A stretch of DNA of 20,000 nt from Catajapyx aquilonaris (lineage: Eukaryota): contig KZ538065.1 of NCBI GenBank assembly GCA_000934665.2, positions 116,378-136,377 on the forward strand, read 5' to 3'. The notes below the pieces were generated by a model that saw nothing but the letters and a program-made list of their open reading frames with translations, made no database searches and was not told the origin of the DNA. Within the stretch, counting starts at the first letter, position 1; the number at the start of each line of letters is the position of its first letter. Positions 1 through 9,900 of this stretch are shown piece after piece. Made by a program: the position numbers and the translations under genes.

Positions 1-279
1 ACAATATATTTTTGTTGTTTTCACAAAAATGAAACATAAATGAGCGCTCAGAAGGGAGCACCCAAAGTTCAGAATATATTTTATTTAAACTGAACCCCCG
101 TCCTAAAATCGTTTAGCTTAATTTGACCATCAATTTTGCTTGAATTATCGCCTAATGATTCCGATAAGTCCACCACGGTTGGGCATCTTGTATTTCTATT
201 TTGTGCTGGGCACAATATTATTTTGTGAGAAGTTTAAAATTTTGTACATTGAAATAATTCCAAAATGCTTGATTTTGTG

Positions 280-426
280 NNNNNNNNNNNNNNNNNNNNN
301 NNNNNNNNNNNNNNNNNNNNNNNNNNNNNNNNNNNNNNNNNNNNNNNNNNNNNNNNNNNNNNNNNNNNNNNNNNNNNNNNNNNNNNNNNNNNNNNNNNNN
401 NNNNNNNNNNNNNNNNNNNNNNNNNN
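280..426. other. Assembly gap (147 N), followed by a 12-G run
   Basis: Run of n from 280 to 426; G homopolymer 427-438. Confidence 0.99.
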
Positions 427-492
427 GGGGGGGGGGGGCATCAAAAACTTTTGCGCCCCCTCCCCCTCCGAAATTTCGTAGATTCGGCTCTG
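427..492. mobile_element. Possible terminus of a non-autonomous DNA transposon (MITE, hAT-like)
   Basis: G-run/C-run subterminal block then CGTAGATTCGGCTCTG (477-492); reverse complement CAGAGCCGAATCTACG resembles CAG(G/T)GGCGGATCTA-type MITE ends as I recall them. Partner end not seen (gap or outside window). Confidence 0.4.
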
Positions 493-3400
493 GGTTTATA
501 GGCTACTCTAGTGCAAAAAAATGCTGGATAGGAGAATTATTAAGGCAGTGTATACCCAATATTATTTCATGCAAGCGACTATCTACATACACAAATCGAC
601 GTGCTGTAATAATGGTCATAATAACAAAATTTGCAGAGACTGTATTTTCCTGTGTGACTTTATTTGGAACCAGTACCACAGGTTTCAAGCTTAAAATGAA
701 TGCTGAATCATTCTATGCCAATAAGCATGTAATCAGTAATGCATGTAAAGTACATTCTAAAGTTTGTGAATAGCCTAAGTTAACTTGTTCATCTCGACAT
801 TAAATATTTTTACGTTTTAAAATATGATTTGAGTTTACCTGAATATGTGCATTTTCAAGATAATTATCATAATTTTTCCTACAATATAAAGTACTCCATC
901 AGCTATGAATAAGTAACAATTTGGACAGTTTCCAAGATAAATTATGTGGTTTTTTAAGTGTCATTTTTTGAAAGTTACCAGATATTTCGATCTTTGCAAA
1001 AGTGGCCATAATTTGCAAAAAAAACATCGCCAAAATGAGACTATTAATTACAAATTATTATCATCACCATTATTATTAGTCTATTACTACCCAGGCAAAC
1101 AGATATTTCATTTTCATTATAGAGATAATCCCCTGCAATTTTTCTGACGTCAGCAGCACTACGTAATATAATATGTGGTAGAGAATACCGCGCCAATCAG
1201 ATCTTACAGCAAGTGGTTAGGGGTTTGCGTAACAGATGGAATATTCCTCAGCGTTCAATTTGATTACGTCACAAAAATTTGTTTACGATTTTTATAATAT
1301 AGCAAAAAAATATCAACATGTGCAAGTTTGCCTTCGAAATTCTCAATGAACCTATGACCGAGAGAAAGTGCTCATCTTCGGAGCTACCCTGGACATTTTG
1401 GAGCATTTGAAAAAGTGGCTCATTTTCACTAGACATAAAATTTGAAAGATATTTTTAGGCTAATCTAATTGTATGCAGAAACATGTAAGTTAGCAATGAG
1501 CCAATGACTCACATGACTGTAACGTACTGATTGTGTCAATTGATATAAAAGTATACAAAATAAAAAAATTCTCGTTCAAGCCACGTAACATATTATGCAA
1601 TCTAATAATGGCACTACCATACTTAGGTGCTTCCATACCTTCAATGTAAGATGTTAAACCAACTGCAATACAGATTAAACAGTAGACATTCTAATGCTTA
1701 CAGGTATACTCACAATGTAATGTCCGATTCAACGAGGATTATTTCCCTAGTCTTGGGAAAGGTAATTTTTAATCAGTTTCTATTATTTACGTTTGTCCTC
1801 AATGACTGTTTCGTATGCAGTCAGTTCTCATTTGACCGTCCTGCGAGACACAGGTCGTTTCTTTCCTTGGAATATATATCAGAGTGTTTGTTATTCTTGT
1901 ACTACCTATATCCTCTTGCTTTGATATCTTCCTTCTTCATACAAGGTATCATCCTGCCTATTCCTTGTGGCGTAGATAGCGTGTGCCGAGTGACACTTCA
2001 ATATCCAGTTAAATGCCTATTAACTAAAATATTTCCTGCACGTGAAGACTATTATTTTCATGCTGCCCAAAATTGGAAGTCTATAACATCCGGGAAGTAT
2101 ATGATGCAAAAAATATCAGAAAGAGCTCAGAGTAAAATGTGAAAGTATAACTTACATTACACGCGATACATACTTGTTGTAAAACTACATAAACCTATAG
2201 GCTACTGTATACGTATAACCTCAATACACTCATGGTGCTACATGAATGTTGGGAAGCCAAACGCAATTTTGACGTATGGAGTGAGTCAAGGTTGAGAAGG
2301 GAAAATAATAATTATTTTTGCATGCCTATAGGGATTACCCCCAAAGCACGCGATTAAACCTTAGGCGATAAATAAAGGTATTCTATTGTGCATCTTTTCT
2401 ATAGTGCTGAACTGCTGAAGAATACGGATATTAGCTCCACTGCTTAGCAGGTAATAACGCTGACACACTTGTAGTACTTGTACATTATGCCTTAGAATAG
2501 TACTGAAGGCACAAGTCACATGGTTAATTAATATTGCTGACACCCATGCATGAGATCTAGGGCTAAATGCAATATAGGATTTAAAAAACATTTTATTTCC
2601 TGTTCTAATGATACTGTACGTATCGTGTTACAACCTGGGCAGATTGAGATGTGGAATTCGATTTTTTTCAGTGGAGGTTGTTGCTGATAAAATCAAGACA
2701 ATTTAAAAAGTTGGCTGTATATTTTGCAAAAAAAAGTACAATAATGTTTAATTCCTTAATTGAATGTTGAAATGTAGTATTATTCTATTACTGATGAAAT
2801 TACAACAAGCTGCACAAAAAGTGGGCAGAGAGTTAATGCTTCAATTCCTACGAGAAAATCCCGATCAATGACAGTTGCATAATTTATGTCATTCCAAAGT
2901 TTTAGTCGCAATAAATGGATCAATGGAATCACGCCAATAAAAATCCTCTTGTGCATTTATTTTACAACATATGCGGCAGGATACTCACTATACTGTATAA
3001 CTTAATACCACGTGATACATTGCCCATATTTCCAGTTCAACGGGAAGAATATTATAACAATTACTATTATGGATTGTTTACTACAGATGTCAGTTACAGA
3101 GAGAAGCAAGTCTTTGAAAACAACAATCAGGCCACATAATTATACACTACAAGTGAAATATTAAATATTATTAGACCTGGAAATTTCCACTATGCTGTGT
3201 AGATCTTCTTTTTGCAATCACATCGTTGTGTAGTATGTTTATTAATTTCTAGCTATTCCGGAAATAAAAGGCATCAAGATTATGACGCTGCATGCGTGCA
3301 GTGATGCCCTGTTATGAAGGTGCTGTATTGCATGTCGCTTTTTTATTACCTCTCCCGTTCAGGAAAAAAAATATTAACCACTCTCTACTTGCATGCAGTT

Positions 3401-4067
3401 GGGTTGTACTTTGTGTCAACATCATGTTTAATGCTGATCTAATTTGTTCTGCTATGCTCGGTTAGCTACATTTTTCTATAAGACAATTTCCAGAAGGGAT
3501 GTGGTGTCCACATAGGAATATAAACTAAATATATTCAGATTCAGTTTTCCGTAGCTTTATAATTGCAGTGCGATAAAGAATGCTTTGATGCATTAAATGT
3601 GCGCGTATAAATTGGTATCAGAACTGTACTGATACATCATGTTAAAAACATGCTTCAGCTCTGCTTTACTCGTACATCTAGGAGAACTGAGTCTTTAGCA
3701 GCAGGAGAAACAAGTGTGCCTCCGACATGGCATCAACAATCAAATTACGTAATATGCAAATTTGATCACAACATAAATCGATGCTTCCTAGTCCTGCACT
3801 CTCCTCTAGTTCCAGTCAGGATGCAGACTTGAGAGGAAAGAAACTCGGCCTCCGTGGATTGATTGTGATACATCCCCTTACCGGATACGTCCTTTTCAAC
3901 GGTACCTTGCTACCCAGACCTGGTTCAACAAGTTTCACGGCACTTGTCGCTGTTGCTTTCTTGCCTCTTCCAGATATTGTAAATGCCATTACCAGGCTGC
4001 TTCTGGTCCTTGCAGCACACTACCTGCTGGCCTCACAGTCTGGGGAGTAATTGTAATGCAAATACAC

Positions 4068-4327
4068 TTTCAATTTTTATTTTCATTGATTGGTAACAAG
4101 TAATTGGCCTCTTATAGGAGAGCCTCATTGAATTCGCGCGATTATTATCGTCATACCCAGTAATGACGGATTTTGATTGTGGAAGGACGTGCAGGGAGAA
4201 CCCATCAAAATTATCCCTATTTCCACATAAGAAATCTCCAGAAATTTCCCTATCCAAAATCCGGGTATCGAACTCGAGATCTCGGAGGAGGCAATGGCGC
4301 GGCGCTTACCACCACACCACTTTGAAC
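4068..4327 (-). mobile_element. tRNA-derived SINE (~260 bp)
   Basis: Minus strand: box A TGGTGTGGTGG (4319-4309), box B GAGTTCGATACC (4275-4264), 33 nt apart as in tRNA; unrelated body; 3' stem-loop GGCTCTCCTATAAGAGGCC (4124-4106); tail ATGAAAATAAAAATTGAAA. No complete cloverleaf, so not a tRNA gene. No clear target-site duplication. Confidence 0.7.
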
Positions 4328-4699
4328 TTTCTAAATTATTTTTGATTTTTAACTATTTAGATAGATGCTTGAAATAGCACCCAATCCTTTCTATAAAAAT
4401 GTGTTTTCAACTAGTGTATTGATTCAGTTCTTATATATACTAAATTTCCCGTTTATTATTTTGAATTCGTGGTGCCTGTAAACACTCTTCGATTTATTTT
4501 TACATTGCATCAACTGAGAGAAAGTATTTTTGCTCGAAAGGAGTGGATGCTATTTCAAGTGTGTGAAAAGTGAAAATCACGAAAAGTAATCCGGAAGCAA
4601 CTAAAAATAATTCAGGGAGCAACATGGAGGTTATCTAGCTTCAAGAATAACGAAAACACCATTTGGTAAATTATGAAGCCTTTTTCCACCGCAACGAGA

Positions 4700-4884
4700 A
4701 TTTATCGTGTGGGTTCCCGTGGGTTTGTCGGGATTCTCCCAGTATTCCCACTGTTCTTGTAGAAGGAAATTTTCTATGAATTTTTCCACGTTGATTAGTC
4801 ATGCTTACAATAATGTGGCGGCGAAAGGCTCTTCGGAGCGATAGTTCCTTCTCCTTATAAATCAACAACAAAAACTAACTAAAA
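4700..4884 (+). mobile_element. Probable 5'-truncated SINE-like repeat
   Basis: CGTGGGTTTGTCGGGATTCTCCCAGTATTCCCAC (4718-4751) resembles conserved SINE central-domain sequence; GCTC-TTCG-GAGC hairpin (4828-4839); ends in A/C-rich tail TTATAAATCAACAACAAAAACTAACTAAAA. No Pol III boxes seen. Confidence 0.4.
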
Positions 4885-5247
4885 TTTCGACAAATTCTCA
4901 AGAGCTCAAAATTGCAACACCAATGTTCCCAAGTCCGACCTTAATTTTTGAAGTTGTGTGTTACGTTCGACCTAATGTCAACAAGTTTGGGACATCTCAG
5001 GTAAAATGTACACTAATTATGCTTCATGTGACCGGTTGCAATCTGATCTTGATCCTGACAGAACTTCTGTCGTGCACGCAGTGACCCAAAAGCTTAAGAG
5101 TGCCAATGACGCACACACCTCCAAAATCGGCATCTCGCAATGACATGCACTTTCCCCTAGCAGCAATCCCGGACATGCCCTTCTGGCTGCATGATCGCAC
5201 ATGCCCGACCGTCCAAGTACATCACGCATTCTTTCAAAAAAAAATTC

Positions 5248-5286
5248 TATATAAGTTCCTTCCAATCCTCTGGTCTCTCCTCAGTT
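5248..5286 (+). promoter_or_regulatory. Candidate core promoter of the ELOVL gene (TATA box + Inr)
   Basis: TATATAAG (5248-5255, fits TATAWAAR) and TCAGTT (5281-5286, arthropod Inr TCAKTY) in a GC/CpG-richer block; TATA starts at -35 relative to the Inr A, slightly longer than the usual -30/-31. Confidence 0.45.
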
Positions 5287-5602
5287 CATTCGTTCTTCTT
5301 CCTCCAGTTCCTGACCCAATTGTGTGAACCGCAGGAGGAGAAGTTCCGTTGCGCACCAGTTCATCTCCTCGACAGCCCCGCCAGCTGGCGGTGGTCCATC
5401 CCAAGTTCAGGAAAAGGAAAAACTCAGCCTAGCGTGCAAGAAAAACGCCAGCCGAGTCTGTGTAGCTCCGAGCTCGGTGCCTGCTGGACCACCATCAGTG
5501 TGAATCCTAGTGTCAACAGCTGCTAGCATGAGAGTCTCGTGCTTTTGGCCCCTGCGAAGACTCAAGCAGCCCTGAACAACACTGTAATTGCGCAAACCAC
5601 AG
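5283..5602 (+). other. Candidate non-coding first exon (5' UTR) of ELOVL
   Basis: Starts at the Inr, ends at donor CAG|GTGAAG (5603); would splice to the acceptor at 6841; contains only one ATG. Confidence 0.35.
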
Positions 5603-6706
5603 GTGAAGTACATAGGGCATGTGCTCCACTTATTTTTTGATCCATCCGGTATTATCCGATGTTTACTAGTTCATCTACAGGTCAGGTTGTTTCCTTCCTT
5701 TTTTCAAATCTGTACTCACGCACATGCTTAGAGGATGACCTTGTCTTGGTGGTTTGCGAATATCAAGTTTGGCCTGTTTACTGGCGGATTCGTGAGCTTT
5801 AACATACATTGCAAGCAGGAGTGGTTCATTCACACAGGGAGGTGTTGATCAATTTGCGCGTGAAACAAGGAGCAAGGAAATTGCAGGAAATGGATGCAAC
5901 CACGTTTCGCAAAAAAAAAAAAGGGTTGAGAATCCGATGAGCAAAGGATAACAATGGATATCTGGAAAGTCGGGTCGGACATTGCCCTTGTGTAGGTCGA
6001 GGCTTTGCAGCCCATTTTGTAGAAGGGGGTACACACGAGACCGGAACATGCGGAAAAAGGTTATATCCGGAGTTCTATCTGGATCAGGTGCACATACGTC
6101 TTTTGACCGGGAAGGTAATGGGTGTAGCACCGAAAGTGTGGAAACTAGGTTAGTCCGATTCCACGCATCCTCGACAATGGCCCGTGAAGCATTTCGTGGA
6201 AGCGGCCGCAGGAATCAAGCATGACGACATACCTGGTAGTCGGAATGCAATGAAACATACTGCAGCCGTTAATCCTCATTTTTTTAACCAAAAAAAGTTC
6301 GGTAAATTTGTACCAACTCGTTCCATTTTCTAGCAAAAAATAGCTCTCCCTTTCTCGGAAGCCTGACACACTTCCTAGTTCGCATCATGAAAATTTTGAC
6401 CTGCTCATATTCCTTCCATCAAGACCGAGCACGTTTCGCCTAGAATTCGTGTCCTCTTAGGCTCCCAGGTGTCCTTTTTACTGCTTCTTTTGATCCGGAA
6501 AAGAGCGTATATCCGGTGGGTTTTTGCATCACCACCTTGGGAGCGATGTAACTTCGGCGTGCACACAGATACTGACGTAAGACCCTAGCTTCTTGGGAGG
6601 AAAGAGTCGTCGAGTTAGTCCTAGTTGAGAGGCCGAAATGAGCGAAAAGTGAAAAGTGGTACAGGAAGCGGTTCGTTAATTAGTCGAGTATGAGCATGGT
6701 GGCAGC

Positions 6707-6741
6707 AAAGAAGGGGGGGGGGGGGAAGGAGGGGGAGAGGA
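6707..6741 (+). repeat. 35-nt pure purine tract with G13 run
   Basis: AAAGAA-G13(6713-6725)-AAGGAGGGGGAGAGGA, no pyrimidine. Confidence 0.9.
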
Positions 6742-6860
6742 TGTAATGAGCTCATCATTTCCTCAGTTTCCTGAGGACATTTCCAGTCCCCGTTACGCGA
6801 ATCCCCGGCGATCGTGATGCTCACCTGTGCTCTCGTTTCAGCGGCCACATCGTCATAATC

Positions 6861-6942
6861 ATGAACAACATGTCTGAAAGCGTCAAGCTGGCCATGGACA
6901 AACTTGTCGGCTACTGGAATTTCTTGTACGTCGATGGGGCTG
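6861..6942 (+). CDS. ELOVL7: ELOVL coding exon 1 ([27 protein letters not shown] + phase 1)
   Basis: ATG at 6861 (in-frame alternatives at 6870 and 6894); donor G|GTGAGT at 6943; G+AT joins exon 2 to form the conserved D of DPR. Acceptor-like gctcac...ctctcgtttcag ends at 6841, so the exon probably begins at 6842. Confidence 0.85.
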
Positions 6943-9900
6943 GTGAGTTCATGGCTTTTGAGTGGGCTTTGCATTTGATGGTGTGTTTTTGGTGCTTCTC
7001 TTGCAATTCTATAACCTTCTTTCAAACATTTCTTCACAGGAAATTTTGCGTAGCAGTTAGCAATTTCCTTTACACATAAGACACGTATAGACCAGATTTG
7101 ATGTTATTTAAAAAATTAGTTTGAATTAGGTCGAATGTGCAACATTTTAAACTAGTGTTTGCAAATAAACGAAGGTTCAACGATTGGTTCAATAGGTCAA
7201 AAAATGTTCAGAAAATTACGAATTTAGAGACTAAACTATTCTTTTATTGAACCCATCACTATAGCAGCTAATATCTATCTGTTAGAAATTTAAAAGCGCC
7301 TTAGTGCCAAAGGTTTCAATAGGAACTATTTTTGCAGTTGGGTAAATAATTCAATCAAATCGACAAAAATATCAATAACAATGGACCGAATTAATAGAAT
7401 GAGTGATATTATTTACTGAAAAGGACTGGGCATTATTTACATCATACTAGTACATATTATGTGCAGATTTGAAAAGTAGGCCTACCATCAGTCAGTGTTT
7501 TTTTACCTGGAGGATTGCATGCTGCCTTGTGCATCCAACCTCTTGCATTTAACTGTATCCGTCAGGTGAAAACAAGGGCAACAGCCTATAATTTGTCATA
7601 ACTGAAACATTGTTGCATGTATCGATTGTGAAGAATGTTCCATGATGGATTCCCTACCGGGTTAGTGGGCTTGACGAGTCTTCGCAAGGGAATGCGGCTG
7701 AGGGTTTAAATTCTACGAGGGGCTCGCGTTACTTGATGACAAAAAAACAACAAAATATCCGTTATTCCAAACCCGTTTCTTTAGTCTGGTTCCTCTCGAC
7801 TTGAGCACCTGAGTGGAGTGATTTTTTTCACTATTAAATCTTGTTGTTGTTTTCTTCTTAGACTTCCCACATGTTTCCTTAAGTGCTTTTCTCACATGCA
7901 GGGGATATGACACAGTTTTTTTTGTTACTTACAACCATTTATTAATATTCAGATCCAAGGGTGGCGGATTGGCCGCTGATGGCCACTCCTGTACCAACAT
8001 TCGCCATGATGTTCAGCTACGTGTTCATAGTCATGTCACTGGGTCCACGTGTGATGCAAAACCGAAAGCCCTTCCAGGTGGAAGGACTCATGAAACTCTA
8101 CAATATCTTTCAAGTCGTCTTCAATTCCTGGATATTTGTGGAGGTTTGCATGTTTTTTTCACACTTCCTCATCTGACACGGAACTGTTACAGTCGATGCG
8201 TGAAGATTATTTTTTGTCTTGGGCTGAAATTGCCTCTCGGAAGCCTCCAACACGGATCTAGGATTAATACATATTTTTGTTTTGTTACAGTGCATGATTT
8301 ACATGACGATGCACGATTTCAACTTGCAATGCCAGCCTGTGGATTACTCGACGAGCCCGCGGGCCATGAAGGTGAGGGTTGGACGCTGATTTATCTTTCC
8401 GGTTTACTGTGCAGTGGTACACTCGTGCAGATAACGATTATTTTAGGAGACGAGCTTGAAGGGCAATAAAGAAGCACAGCTTGCCACGCAATTACTGCAG
8501 TGTTAAACATTGAATCTTGTCATTAACGCTCTCCTAATCATTCTTGCGTTCAATGAACATGGGAAATGAATGACCTGAATGAAATACCTGTTCTATATGC
8601 TCAAGAAAACGGGACATGTCTTCAAAAGCGTTGTGTCCTACTGATTTTCAAAACTAGTTTGTTGGACGGTGATGCCTATCATAGCCAAAGCATGCGACTA
8701 AAGCAATATTATTTCCATTACAGACAACATTGTGCGCCTACTTGTTCTACATCTCCAAGCTGGCCGATTTTCTTGACACTGTAAGTCGATGCTAACCCTA
8801 ATGCTAAAGTTAAGATGTAATAAACAGTAATTTTACGAGGTCTGAAAAAATATGATTAATTTGTAAGAATGTTCAGATATTACTAAAGTAATGTGAACAA
8901 TAATTATCCTGATTTGAGCTAACTCAAATATTCTGGTAAATTATGTTCATTAGTTGACTTATTAACAAGTTCATCAGCAAATGTTTCTGTGTTGTTTTAT
9001 ACCAAGTGTTTTGTTGGAAATGATTCACATTCCACATTGTAACTGCTGTTTCAACTGAAAGAATACCAGTACACAGCTGGGTATGAGTTATTGCTATTGT
9101 TGTTTTTATTGCACACATATCCCTGTAGTTTAATAGGTTATTTGCATGACCGTATTGCTTGCATTTTTTGTAATGTTTCCAAGACATCTACTCATAGGCG
9201 GACAACGTTTTCTCACATGTTTATGATCAGGAGGAGTTAAATTAGCGCACTATTAATAGAGGACTGGAGACTACTCAAGTATACTAAGGGCATCATTAAG
9301 TAATTCAGAGCATGGAGTAAAAGTATGCTGCTTTGGAGCCAAAATTGTACCCAATTTTGTTTTGTTTTGAAGGAGTCAATTTTACTTCATAAGTACCGGC
9401 ACATCTCCACAGGCTATATGAAAAAAGCTAATTTAGGTTTAGGACGTGTACGTACGGTTATGTAAAATAAAAAGCACCTGCAACTTCCTGGAGGAAACAG
9501 TTTAAGAGAAGATAACAACTAGAGTGAATGAAACAAAAAATAGCGGGGAAAAAAGAAATCGCGGTTTATAGTATTGTTCCATTGATTTTCCACTTGCTGT
9601 CTGTTATAGCATAATATATACTACAGTAAGTTCTTTGATCTGTACATGTGTACAGTATCCTTCCAGGAATGAAAAACCGCACCATATTTAATCTTTCTCT
9701 TTGAAAGTCTCTCATTGTACTGTCAGCCAAGCTGCAGCAAAAATTATAGGGTTTTCGCATAATTATGCATATTAATTACTATAGAATGAAACAACCCCAT
9801 CCCAGAAAAGTGCCTAATTGCATGCACAAATAAGCTGTACATCCTACATGCTTTTTGATTTCAAACGCAACCATACAGTGTTTCCATCCTTGAAAAACAT

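Noticed and set aside
140..501. Three ORFs spanning the N run
   Set aside because: Open only because N codons hide stops.
1627..2142. Longest ORF in the track (171 aa)
   Set aside because: GTG start, F/L/S/C-rich composition typical of non-coding AT-rich DNA, no recognisable motif; the antisense reading I translated has stops.
4260..4327. Possible tRNA gene
   Set aside because: A and B boxes present but acceptor and T stems do not pair properly; continues into a SINE-like body and tail.
4791..4848. Hammerhead-like layout TTGATTA-GTC...GGC-GAAA-stem-loop
   Set aside because: Core differs from CUGANGA at C3 and G8, no correctly placed NUH, no stem I.
5378..5391. 14-bp palindrome CCGCCAGCTGGCGG and other 10-12 bp palindromes (e.g. 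GCATAATTATGC at 9757 and 13206)
   Set aside because: About one 14-bp palindrome is expected by chance in 20 kb; shorter ones are common.
6621..7037. 138-aa antisense ORF over ELOVL exon 1
   Set aside because: Poly-Pro comes from the G run; non-ATG start; no family motif.
7670..7700. TTGACGAGTCTTCGCAAGGGAA resembling a decayed minimal hammerhead
   Set aside because: No GAAA core and no closing stems I/III.
7969..8469. 166-aa alternative-frame ORF across exons 2-3
   Set aside because: Shadow frame of real ELOVL exons; no independent coding signal.
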